Assembly (NCBI GenBank): GCA_900234795.1
Contig: LT962688.1
Span: 480,001 to 512,000, forward strand
Source: Methylorubrum extorquens
Lineage (GTDB): Bacteria > Pseudomonadota > Alphaproteobacteria > Rhizobiales > Beijerinckiaceae
Length of the DNA: 32,000 bases
Reading direction: 5' to 3'
Below, piece after piece: positions 1 to 7,616 of the stretch. The notes under the pieces were generated by a model that was not told the origin of the DNA, searched no databases, and saw only the letters and a program-made list of their open reading frames with translations. The translations under genes and the position numbers were made by a program. The stretch's first letter is position 1, and each line of letters starts with the position of its first letter.

Positions 1-6
1 GGTCGG

Positions 7-930
7 TCATAGGAAGCCTTTGCCGGCGTGGTTCTTGAAGGCCTTCGCCCGGCGGTCGTAGGCCTTGAGGGTCTTCACTTCGCGATGCCGGGTCACATCC
101 ATGACCTTCAGCAGGTCGGCGCCCGCCTCGAGCGCGGAGGTGACGAAGCCGGCGCGCAGCGAGTGTCCGGAGAACAGGGCCGGGTCGAGCTTCGCGGCCT
201 CGGCGTAGCGCTTGACGATGTTGGCGACGGTCCGGTCGGTCAGGTCGAAGACGCGGCCTTCCTTGATGCCGGCGGCGGCGATCCAGTCCTCGACCGCCTC
301 GACCGGCTTCAGCTTTCCGCCACGGGGAATCGCGACGATGTGGCCCTCGCCCTCCTGGTCCGTCTTCGACCGGCGGATATGGACGAAAAGCCCGTCGGGC
401 GTGCGCTCCAGGTCGGCGACCGTGAGGCCGACGATTTCGGACCGGCGGAGCGCTGCGGCGAAACCGAGCAGGAGCACCGCGCGATCCCGCTTGCCGGTCA
501 GCGTCTCGGGCACCTTCTTCAGCATGGCGCCGATCGCGCGGGCCGTGGCCGGTGCCTTGCGCTCGACGGCGACGCCGAGCCGACGCTTGATGCCCCGGAG
601 CACCGCCTTCACGGCCTCCGCGTTGGTCGGCGGCTCGTGCCCGGCGATACGGTGCATGTAGCCGATAGCGGCAGCCCGCCGGACGATCGTGGAGGCCTTC
701 AGCCCGCGGTCGGCGAGGCTGGCGAGGTAGGCCGCGACCGTGGCGGCCGAGGCCGGCGCGACGACCTGGTCGAGCCCCGCAGCCCAGCCGGCGAAATCGC
801 TCCAGTCCGAGGCGTAGGCCCGCCGCGTCGCATCGCTTTTTTCAGCGAGCGCGTACTGCGCGGCCGAGGCCAGATGATCTTGGAAGACAACGACTTCCGC
901 CGGTGCGACCGGCACCGGCAGAGTGGTCAT
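7..930 (-). CDS. Tyrosine site-specific recombinase, Cre/XerC-like
   Basis: 307-aa ORF. The C-terminal catalytic region is GHSLRAGFVTSALEAGADLLKVMDVTRHREVKTLKAYDRR (HxxR...H...Y). The N-terminal core-binding region (TRRAYASDWSDFAGW; VAAYLASLADRGLKASTI) follows the Cre-type pattern. The antisense ORF 28..978 is judged an artefact. Confidence 0.85.
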   Translation of the reverse strand: MTTLPVPVAPAEVVVFQDHLASAAQYALAEKSDATRRAYASDWSDFAGWAAGLDQVVAPASAATVAAYLASLADRGLKASTIVRRAAAIGYMHRIAGHEPPTNAEAVKAVLRGIKRRLGVAVERKAPATARAIGAMLKKVPETLTGKRDRAVLLLGFAAALRRSEIVGLTVADLERTPDGLFVHIRRSKTDQEGEGHIVAIPRGGKLKPVEAVEDWIAAAGIKEGRVFDLTDRTVANIVKRYAEAAKLDPALFSGHSLRAGFVTSALEAGADLLKVMDVTRHREVKTLKAYDRRAKAFKNHAGKGFL

Positions 931-1010
931 GAATGTTCCGGGAACGACCGTTATCGGAAAACCGGAGGCCTACTCTAAAGCCCGGTTTCGAGTGCTTTCG
1001 AGTGGCGGGA

Positions 1011-1262
1011 TCAGCCCGCTTTCCGAGCCCGCGGCATTCGCAGCTCGACGCTGAACGACCGCCTGGCGAACGTGCGCCGGCCGGTGCCGAAGGACAGCAT
1101 CTCAGGGATGCCGACCTGACGCCGGCCCCTGCTCACGAGGGCGAGGATGCGCTTGCAGTGTGCGTCCTTGGCTTCGAGGTACTCGGCTTGATCGCGGAAG
1201 CGCCGACGGCAGAAGGCGCGGGCCTCCTCCTCGATCGCCGTGAAAGTGGCGTGCGCGCTCAT
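1011..1262 (-). CDS. Hypothetical small protein (83 aa)
   Basis: ATG-initiated ORF with high third-position GC when read by hand. The composition looks like a real protein (FTAIEEEARAFCRRRFRDQAEYLEAKDAHCKRIL). No family recognised. Confidence 0.4.
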   Translation of the reverse strand: MSAHATFTAIEEEARAFCRRRFRDQAEYLEAKDAHCKRILALVSRGRRQVGIPEMLSFGTGRRTFARRSFSVELRMPRARKAG

Positions 1263-1565
1263 CGGGGGCCGATCTTAGACATGCTGCCAGCATCCGTCCC
1301 GCCCAGGCAACGCCGTGGCTGTGGGTCGGTTCGAGGGCCAGAAGGGAGCCGAGGCTGAGCCTCAAGGCTGTAGGCGGAAGGACGGCACAGAGGCTGGCGC
1401 ATCAACGAGACAGAAGCTGCTCGTCGAAGGGATGACTTGCGAGGCCATCCACGTCCTTCCGCCCAAGATCTATAGTAGGCGAACGGTTGACGAAACGATA
1501 ACGCCCGGCGGCAATGAAGCCCCGGGCGCGCGTCTCGCGACACTGATCAGATGCAGGGTTTCGCC

Positions 1566-2261
1566 TCAGGGGTCAACCCGTGCCGCGGTCCGTTCGTACA
1601 CGCCGACCATGTCATACACGTCCGGGCTATCTTCAGGGAATATCTTAGCAAGGGACAGCGCACTCCGCGTAGCCTCACCGAGGGCAAATTTCTCTATCTC
1701 GATGCACTCGCGTCGAGACCAGGGCAGCAAATGAACAGAAAGCGCATAAAGCCGAGCAGCGTCTACAATTGCGAGCACTACTCGATCGTTAGGAATTCGT
1801 TCGACATTGCCACCACTTATGCGCTTCCGGATAATTCTCAGCCTTGCCTCATGAACCTGGGACCAAGAGAGCAGTTCAGCGAGAAATTCTGCCTGCGGAC
1901 GATCGACAGCAACTAGTGCGTTTTTTATCTCTGCGATTGCATCGTTCGGTCGCTCTGGCGTCGCAGGGTATTCAGATCTGTTAAGTCGATCATAGACACC
2001 CCCCTTCACCTGGCGGGCCGTACTCAACCAGTTCTCTGCGTATTCAGCTAATCGGCTTAGTGCGTCCGGGAGCGCTACCCTGGCGGCAAATAGTTTCCTG
2101 TCTCGCTCCTCTTTCTCAGTACTCCGTAGATGGTTGATCTGTCGATCAACTCCTCTCAATGTCGCCCATGCGCCTATGATAGCCAAAATACCAGCTATTA
2201 AGGTTTGCCAGTCTTTGAAAAATTTGATGGTTTCAGATAAAAAATCCACGATCCGCTCCAA
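1566..2261 (-). CDS. Hypothetical membrane-anchored protein (231 aa), low-GC cargo gene
   Basis: About 50% GC (30/60 at 1741-1800) against a background of about 70%. One N-terminal TM helix (WQTLIAGILAIIGAWATL) is followed by a helical soluble part. It starts 36 nt downstream of ORF 2298..3215 on the same strand. Confidence 0.6.
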   Translation of the reverse strand: MERIVDFLSETIKFFKDWQTLIAGILAIIGAWATLRGVDRQINHLRSTEKEERDRKLFAARVALPDALSRLAEYAENWLSTARQVKGGVYDRLNRSEYPATPERPNDAIAEIKNALVAVDRPQAEFLAELLSWSQVHEARLRIIRKRISGGNVERIPNDRVVLAIVDAARLYALSVHLLPWSRRECIEIEKFALGEATRSALSLAKIFPEDSPDVYDMVGVYERTAARVDP

Positions 2262-2297
2262 GTGCTGAAGCAGCTTATTATACCAACCGAGGTGCTG

Positions 2298-3215
2298 TCA
2301 CGGCAGTTGATCCCGCGTCGCACGAATGCGCTGTCCCTCGGCGCCCGATGCGGTGTGCAAATGGTCCGCCACCTCGTTCAGCAGCCACCGGAACCGCTCG
2401 CCGATCCGGGCTGCCCCGCGCTCGCCACCACCGACAGTGCAGGCCGCATAGGTGCCGAAGGTGTGGCCCTCGACCAGGATGGCGCGGAGGAGGCGGAGCC
2501 CGACGCCCCCGACAACCTTCTCAATTTTGAGGTTAAGATCCGCGACGACGCGAGCCCGGAACGTTTCGCGGAGCATCCCCATCTCGCGAGACGGAAGCGG
2601 GCCATCGTCGCCACCCGAGGAAACCAGCACTCCGAGCTTGGCGAAGGAGTCCATACGGCGATCGCCGTCCTTCCGTCCGGTCCAGGCATCCTGAAGCAAC
2701 CGCCCGACGGCGAACTCGACATCGGAAATCCGCTGCGGGCGGGCCGAGTGCTCCATGGTGAGCACGTCGAGCTGGCGGTTGACCTGGACCTCGATGAACT
2801 TGCCGAGCGTGGTCGGATCGGTAACGAGCCGGCGCCCGATCTTGATCGAAGCGTCGCGCTCGGTGTGGGGGTTCTTCCGGAGCAGGCTGGCACGTCGACG
2901 GTCCGCCCGGGTTTCCAGCTTCCGGCGGGCTCGCCGCTCGACGGCCCGGCGCTGGATGCGGTCGAGCACCGCGACGCAGGCGGAGCGGTCAGCGGCATCG
3001 GCCGCGCCGGCGGCTTGAGCGAGCTTGGCGCCGAGAGCGGCGCGCTCGGCCTTCGCTGCAGCGCGCTCTTCCGCTTTCGCCTTGATCAAAGCGCGGCGAT
3101 CGGAGGATGCGGGGCGGGCCCGCGTGGTCGGAGAGGTGGAGGAAGACGAAGCAGCGACAGACACGAGCCTGACCTCGGGTAGAGCGCGACCGTTCTGGGC
3201 GCTCGGCAAGGTCAT
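2298..3215 (-). CDS. Hypothetical protein (305 aa): disordered S/T/A-rich N-terminus, very basic helical stretch, globular C-terminus
   Basis: ATG at 3215 is preceded by a GAGGAAGAGGA Shine-Dalgarno-like tract. The basic segment is RRAVERRARRKLETRADRRRASLLRK. The overlapping ORFs 2262..3182(+) and 2378..2998(-) look like GC artefacts. Confidence 0.6.
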   Translation of the reverse strand: MTLPSAQNGRALPEVRLVSVAASSSSTSPTTRARPASSDRRALIKAKAEERAAAKAERAALGAKLAQAAGAADAADRSACVAVLDRIQRRAVERRARRKLETRADRRRASLLRKNPHTERDASIKIGRRLVTDPTTLGKFIEVQVNRQLDVLTMEHSARPQRISDVEFAVGRLLQDAWTGRKDGDRRMDSFAKLGVLVSSGGDDGPLPSREMGMLRETFRARVVADLNLKIEKVVGGVGLRLLRAILVEGHTFGTYAACTVGGGERGAARIGERFRWLLNEVADHLHTASGAEGQRIRATRDQLP

Positions 3216-3460
3216 GGGTCGATTGTCCTCTTCCTCACAGTCAAGAGGAATAATAGCGGCGCGTCACTGCTCCATGCTGCACGCTTCGACGCGACATACC
3301 CCTGCTCTACACCGCGACCATCCACAATCTTTCCTGCAGAGAGGAGCGAGATCAAACACGAGATGTACCGTCTAGCACGGCATAAGAGCGGAGGGCGTTT
3401 ATGAAACAGTGACGCGGACGATTTTCGGTCGTCAGTTATATGGGGCGACCGCTTTCTAAG

Positions 3461-3868
3461 TTACTCGCGCTTGAATCCGGGCGGATCGAATTCAACCTTA
3501 TTTGGGTGTTCGCGACCGTAATCGACACCTTCAAACATAACCTGAGCCATTACCAAGGCGTTCTCGACGTCCTTTGCTCCAAAAATCAATCCAGGTTCGT
3601 TTGGGCTTGTGACAAAAAAACTCGGAAATCTACCTCTTGGGGCGGGAACACTCACATCCCGCATCTCAAGCCATCTGCCTCTGACATTATAGAACTTGTC
3701 AGCATCCAAGTTGCTGTGGATATAGCCGGTAGCTTTGAGATAATCTTCGATGGCAACTTCTACAAGTGACGAACTAGAACGCCGTTCGGCCTGAGCGGCA
3801 GCCTCAATCTGCCGCTTCATCTCGGCAGGGATGCGGATGGTAAGCGTCTCGGTCTTTTCCGGGGGCAT
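3461..3868 (-). CDS. Ribbon-helix-helix (CopG/Arc-type) domain protein with about 85-aa C-terminal extension
   Basis: The N-terminus TLTIRIPAEMKRQIEAAAQAERRSSSSLVEVAIEDYL is a typical RHH beta-strand plus two helices. AGGAG lies 7 nt upstream of the ATG. GC is about 50% (30/60 at 3541-3600). Confidence 0.65.
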   Translation of the reverse strand: MPPEKTETLTIRIPAEMKRQIEAAAQAERRSSSSLVEVAIEDYLKATGYIHSNLDADKFYNVRGRWLEMRDVSVPAPRGRFPSFFVTSPNEPGLIFGAKDVENALVMAQVMFEGVDYGREHPNKVEFDPPGFKRE

Positions 3869-3882
3869 CGCTCACGATCTCC

Positions 3883-3901
3883 TGTGTTCACTTGTAACAC
3901 A
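3883..3901. promoter_or_regulatory. Inverted repeat TGTGTT-N7-AACACA immediately upstream of the RHH gene SD (candidate autoregulatory operator)
   Basis: TGTGTT at 3883-3888 and AACACA at 3896-3901, read directly. They sit between the AT-rich upstream region and the SD of 3461..3868. Confidence 0.35.
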
Positions 3902-4023
3902 TTCGAGTTATTTTGGTTCGGATGCAAGTGTTTTGTTCGCCAGCGTTACGGCGGCAAATGCTCCCATGTCGTGCAGCGGTTTTGGGGCGTCGTCCGTAGC
4001 GCCTCGAGGGTGGCGAGCGCTTC

Positions 4024-4416
4024 CTAATCCGCCTGGTTCTTCGCTACAGCGATCCGCTCGCAGGCCTTGATGCGGCGCCGGTCGAACGTTGCACGCGACC
4101 ACCTGGTGCGCCGGCAGAACTCGGCGATCGATCCGCCGATTTCTCCGTGCGTCGCCATCGAGCGCGCCCAGAGGAGCACGACCTGCCGATCCTCGCTCTT
4201 GTCGCCAAGCACCGTGCCGGAGAAAGCGACGATGTCGAAGGTTGCGTCTGGCACGTCACCGGCAGCGGACTGAAGGGTGTTGCCGCGTGGGGCGTAAATC
4301 GGCGTGAACGGCATCGCGCGGAAGGCCGCCTTCAGCCAGCGCTCCACGTCCCCCCGCGTCCATGGATCGGCATTGTGCCGGGGCGGATAATATCCTCCGG
4401 CAAGGCGGGGCTTCAT
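4024..4416 (-). CDS. Hypothetical phage protein (130 aa), possible C-terminal HTH
   Basis: Its start overlaps the upstream stop (TAATG). The C-terminal segment is GSIAEFCRRTRWSRATFDRRRIKACERIA. No family confidently recognised. Confidence 0.55.
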   Translation of the reverse strand: MKPRLAGGYYPPRHNADPWTRGDVERWLKAAFRAMPFTPIYAPRGNTLQSAAGDVPDATFDIVAFSGTVLGDKSEDRQVVLLWARSMATHGEIGGSIAEFCRRTRWSRATFDRRRIKACERIAVAKNQAD

Positions 4417-4640
4417 TAGGAGGAGGAAGACTCCGCAAGATCAGCAGGCACCTTCGTCGTCTCGCCTGTAAGCGCCGCCTTCACGATCGCTGAAAGCGTT
4501 TCGGCGTCAATGCGCATGTAGAGATCATCGACGTTGCCGTAGTCGAACTTCATCCAAACTGACACGCCGCCATCGGCCTTTACTGCCGTCACTTCCTTGA
4601 TCTGGCGCCTTCCTCCATTGGCACCGATGCGCACGTACAT
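4416..4640 (-). CDS. Hypothetical protein (74 aa)
   Basis: A strong SD (GGAGGGAGAG) lies upstream of the ATG at 4640. The composition is ordinary. It is translationally coupled to 4024..4416. Confidence 0.5.
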   Translation of the reverse strand: MYVRIGANGGRRQIKEVTAVKADGGVSVWMKFDYGNVDDLYMRIDAETLSAIVKAALTGETTKVPADLAESSSS

Positions 4641-4728
4641 CGTCTTCTCTCCCTCCTGGAGTGCCCCGCCGCCTCATTCTGACGGCAGGGCACTTCCAGT
4701 CCTATCAGGTCATCACGCCGCCTGCTGC

Positions 4729-5160
4729 TTAGCCCGCGCGCCTCTGTCCGAGACCGAACCCCTTGGCCATCGCCGATCGCTGGGCCGAGTAGTTCGGTGC
4801 TGTCGTCGGATAGTCGGCTGGCAAGCCGTAGCGCTCGCAGTAGGCATGCGGAGTAAGGCCGTGCACCGCGAGGTGCCGCTTCAGCGTCTTGTACGGCTTA
4901 CCGTCGATGAAGGAGATCAGCGCATCTGGCGTGACCGACTTGCGGATCTGCGCTGGTGTTGGCTTTTCGATCTCGATTTTTTCTGCATCAGGTGCAGCTG
5001 GAGCTTTTCCGATGCCGGATAAAGCGGCATGGACGCCAATAATTAGAGCCGGGAGCTCTTTGGATGGCAGCACATTGTTGCGGACATAGGCGCTGATAAT
5101 CTCAACTGAAAGTTTTACCGATCCATTATCAGGCGGATCCTCGGACGCATTGTTGGACAT
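4729..5160 (-). CDS. mucR: MucR/Ros family transcriptional regulator, zinc-ligand cysteines absent
   Basis: IRKSVTPDALISFIDGKPYKTLKRHLAVHGLTPHAYCERYGLPADYPTTAPNYSAQRSAMAKGFGLGQRR aligns by eye with Ros (VRKSV..[56 protein letters not shown]). The start is taken at the ATG at 5160 (AAAGGA upstream) rather than the ORF-track start at 5196. Confidence 0.85.
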   Translation of the reverse strand: MSNNASEDPPDNGSVKLSVEIISAYVRNNVLPSKELPALIIGVHAALSGIGKAPAAPDAEKIEIEKPTPAQIRKSVTPDALISFIDGKPYKTLKRHLAVHGLTPHAYCERYGLPADYPTTAPNYSAQRSAMAKGFGLGQRRAG

Positions 5161-5212
5161 ATTGAAGTCCTTTCTGCAGAGGCTTCGAAAGCGCAAAATG
5201 AATTACATGGAT

Positions 5213-5671
5213 TTATACGCTTTGTCTTAGAGTATTGTGCGCAATTTGCTTTTGCGATGCCGCGAACAGCCACAGCGGCACGCTGTCGGCAGGGTTGGTC
5301 AGGCCGCGGTCGACCATGATGGAGCCGCGGCGTTCGAGGTGGATCTCGCGCTCGCACAAGGCGATGCAGCGGCGCGGATAGAGCGAGACGAGGGCGCCCG
5401 TGCTGTCCGACCGCAAAGCGCCGGCCGCGCGGTGGACGCCGAACAGCGCTTCCGTGGTCCATCCGAGATCCGCGGCGGCCTCGCCCCAATCGTCGAGGAA
5501 GACGAGCATCGCCCGGCGCACCGAGCGCCAGACCCCTTCGCGGCCACCCTCGCCGGCCTCGCGCCAGATCATGCCGGGGCAGGGCACATGGTCGTCCGGC
5601 AGGCTGAGCACGCCGGCCCGCCAAGAGGCGACGAGGCGGGCGGAATCGGGGAGGGCGAGGGCGGCGCTCAT
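5213..5671 (-). CDS. Hypothetical phage protein (152 aa)
   Basis: The start is chosen at the ATG at 5671, which forms an ATGA overlap with the stop of 5668..6459. No family recognised. Confidence 0.55.
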   Translation of the reverse strand: MSAALALPDSARLVASWRAGVLSLPDDHVPCPGMIWREAGEGGREGVWRSVRRAMLVFLDDWGEAAADLGWTTEALFGVHRAAGALRSDSTGALVSLYPRRCIALCEREIHLERRGSIMVDRGLTNPADSVPLWLFAASQKQIAHNTLRQSV

Positions 5672-6459
5672 AGCAACGCCGCCTGCATCGGACGCGGCGC
5701 GGGAGCCGTCGGCATCCACCGTGCCCGGTCGCCCCGGATCTGCGCATAGTTCGTCGGGTGCTGGGCCTCGAAATCAGGCGTCCGATCGCAGCGAACCCAT
5801 CCGCCGCACTCACCGCGCTCCAGCCAGCCCCGAGGGCAGAGCCAGTTCGTCGGCGAGAGCTGGAGCGCCTTAAAGTCAGCGCGCGTCACAGCACGCTCTT
5901 CGAGGATCACCGACAGCCGGATCGCCTTCACCTTCCAATCGCTCAGCTTCACCGGCGCCGATGCGCCGGCCTGGACGTCCGGCACGTACTCAGGGACCGG
6001 GCAGCGCTCCGGCGGCGCCCACGGGTGCCATTCGTCTGAGCCGAGGCCGGTCCGCTCGTCGGGCAGGTACGGGGAGAAGGGATTGCCCCAGCGACCGCCG
6101 TGCTTGAGCGGGTCGGTGTGGAGCCGGAGCACGGTCACGCCGAGCGCCGCACAGATCCGGACGAGATCGGCGTTGCACTTCTCCGCCGGGACCAAAACGG
6201 CCCGGCAATCCGGCCCCGCCGTCGTGCCGTAGTGCCATCCCTCGCGATACGGGAGGATCTGCGACACGACGCGGGCGTTCAGCGCCAGCTTCGCCTCGAT
6301 ACCGATTTGGAAGCCGTCGGCACGAACGAGCAGAATGTCGAAGCCCGCCGTCTCGGGATAGGCGACCCACTTCGGCAGGTCTCGGCGCTCCTGCGTCGGC
6401 ACCGCGGCGATGAAGGCCGCGCAGAGATCGGCCTCCGACATCTTCGGAGCGGTACTCAC
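5668..6459 (-). CDS. Hypothetical protein with N-terminal PD-(D/E)xK-like nuclease motif
   Basis: GFDILLVRADGFQIGIEAKL supplies D...ExK with typical spacing. The C-terminal half is rich in W and C. It overlaps the upstream gene by 4 nt. Confidence 0.55.
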   Translation of the reverse strand: MSTAPKMSEADLCAAFIAAVPTQERRDLPKWVAYPETAGFDILLVRADGFQIGIEAKLALNARVVSQILPYREGWHYGTTAGPDCRAVLVPAEKCNADLVRICAALGVTVLRLHTDPLKHGGRWGNPFSPYLPDERTGLGSDEWHPWAPPERCPVPEYVPDVQAGASAPVKLSDWKVKAIRLSVILEERAVTRADFKALQLSPTNWLCPRGWLERGECGGWVRCDRTPDFEAQHPTNYAQIRGDRARWMPTAPAPRPMQAALL

Positions 6460-7202
6460 GCGACCCGCTCCTTCTGCGCCGACGCCTTGGCATCGAGCCG
6501 CGCGGCGAGCTGCGCGAGCGAGCCGACGGCGACCTCGCGGAACTTGGCGCCGTGCTCGTGCAGCACGTCCTCACGCGCCGCAGCGACGGCTTCGGGCGAC
6601 GGTCGAGGGCGCCCAGGCTCCGCGTCGCCTCCCCGGTTCAGCCACGCCGCCGCCGCGGCCTGGACCTTTGCCCGGTCCTCGTCCGACGGCGGCACGTAGA
6701 CCTCCGCCTCGAGGATCTGCCGGATGTGGACGAGTTTCGCCCGAAGCGGGATCAGCCCTTGCCGGGCCTCGTCCGCGAACTGCGCTGGCGACGGGCGCCA
6801 AGCCGGATCCCAACGCAGGATCGTCGCCTTGTCGCGAAACCGGCTGGCGGCGGCCTGGATGACTGCCAGCGGCAGACCTTCCAGCGCCTCGACGTACTCG
6901 GCGACGAGGAGCGCGTTCTCGGCACCGCCACGGCCGCGCCCCTGCTCGAACCCGAGCAGGATGCGGGCGACCACCGTATCGACGTGAGCCCGCACCCGGC
7001 AGGGCTTCAACTCGGCCTCAACCCGCTCGGCGACGGCGGATAGCGCTCGACGCTCGGCTGTCGTAGCCGCCTTGTCCTGCGGCACGCAGAACCGCGTCGG
7101 CTGGCCGTCCACCGGAACCAGCCTGCCACGGAGTTCCGTAATCCGATCCTCGGCTTGCGCCAGCATCGGGGTCGTTAGCGTCGATGGAAGGCGGCTCGAC
7201 AT
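6456..7202 (-). CDS. Hypothetical phage protein (248 aa) in the putative replication region
   Basis: Third-position GC read by hand is high (about 80%) from the ATG at 7202 onward. No family recognised. Confidence 0.6.
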   Translation of the reverse strand: MSSRLPSTLTTPMLAQAEDRITELRGRLVPVDGQPTRFCVPQDKAATTAERRALSAVAERVEAELKPCRVRAHVDTVVARILLGFEQGRGRGGAENALLVAEYVEALEGLPLAVIQAAASRFRDKATILRWDPAWRPSPAQFADEARQGLIPLRAKLVHIRQILEAEVYVPPSDEDRAKVQAAAAAWLNRGGDAEPGRPRPSPEAVAAAREDVLHEHGAKFREVAVGSLAQLAARLDAKASAQKERVA

Positions 7203-7542
7203 CGAAGGCTCCCGTCAGGGATTGCTCGTAATTGCGGATGATGTGGGCGGCTAAGCCGGTGGGGGCGGGGGCAGGACGAGAGCCACCGCGGGGGCCGAAT
7301 GGAGACGGCCGGTCGAGTTCATCCCGGCGCTTCCGCAGCCGGGATTCGACCCAGGTCGAGAAGTCGGCGAGCTCCCGGCCGTCGGCGTCCTCGATGACGT
7401 CGAGCACGACCGCAGCCTCGTCCCGAGCAATGCCGAGCCAGTGGCCGATCAGGGCGCGGGCCGAGCGACGCGACCGCCCGGTGTTGGCGCTGATCAGGTC
7501 CACGCCGATGGTCAGCAGGGCTTGGCGGTTCGACCGAGCCAA
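7018..7542 (-). CDS. Hypothetical phage protein; the last ~60 codons overlap 6456..7202 out of frame and look non-coding
   Basis: The N-terminal ~110 aa look genuine (ALLTIGVDLISANTGRSRRSARALIGHWLGIARDEAAVVLDVIED). In the overlap, GC3 drops to about 60% and the composition becomes R/G/A/S-rich. Confidence 0.45.
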   Translation of the reverse strand: MARSNRQALLTIGVDLISANTGRSRRSARALIGHWLGIARDEAAVVLDVIEDADGRELADFSTWVESRLRKRRDELDRPSPFGPRGGSRPAPAPTGLAAHIIRNYEQSLTGAFDVEPPSIDANDPDAGASRGSDYGTPWQAGSGGRPADAVLRAAGQGGYDSRASSAIRRRRAG

Positions 7543-7616
7543 TTCCGCCGCTTCGCCGCCCGCCTGCCCGGCATCGCCGGCCGAGCCGTCAGGCTCGGAA
7601 CCGGGGTTGGCGGGGG

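Noticed and set aside
28-978. 316-aa + strand ORF overlapping the recombinase gene
   Set aside because: It is antisense to a gene with clear tyrosine-recombinase motifs. The translation is R/G/A/D-rich low complexity, typical of off-frame ORFs in 70% GC DNA.
1315-1345. GGTTCGAG T-loop-like string considered as a tRNA fragment or left att repeat
   Set aside because: No complementary T-stem arms surround it. It is also in the wrong orientation relative to tRNA-Asn, whose 3' segment (ggactcgaacc on the + strand) is not present here.
7195-7215. Programmed ribosomal frameshift joining 7018..7542 to 6456..7202
   Set aside because: No slippery heptamer (X XXY YYZ) or obvious downstream stimulatory structure is seen at the junction. 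An overlap or an indel is the simpler explanation, so it is reported only as an anomaly.
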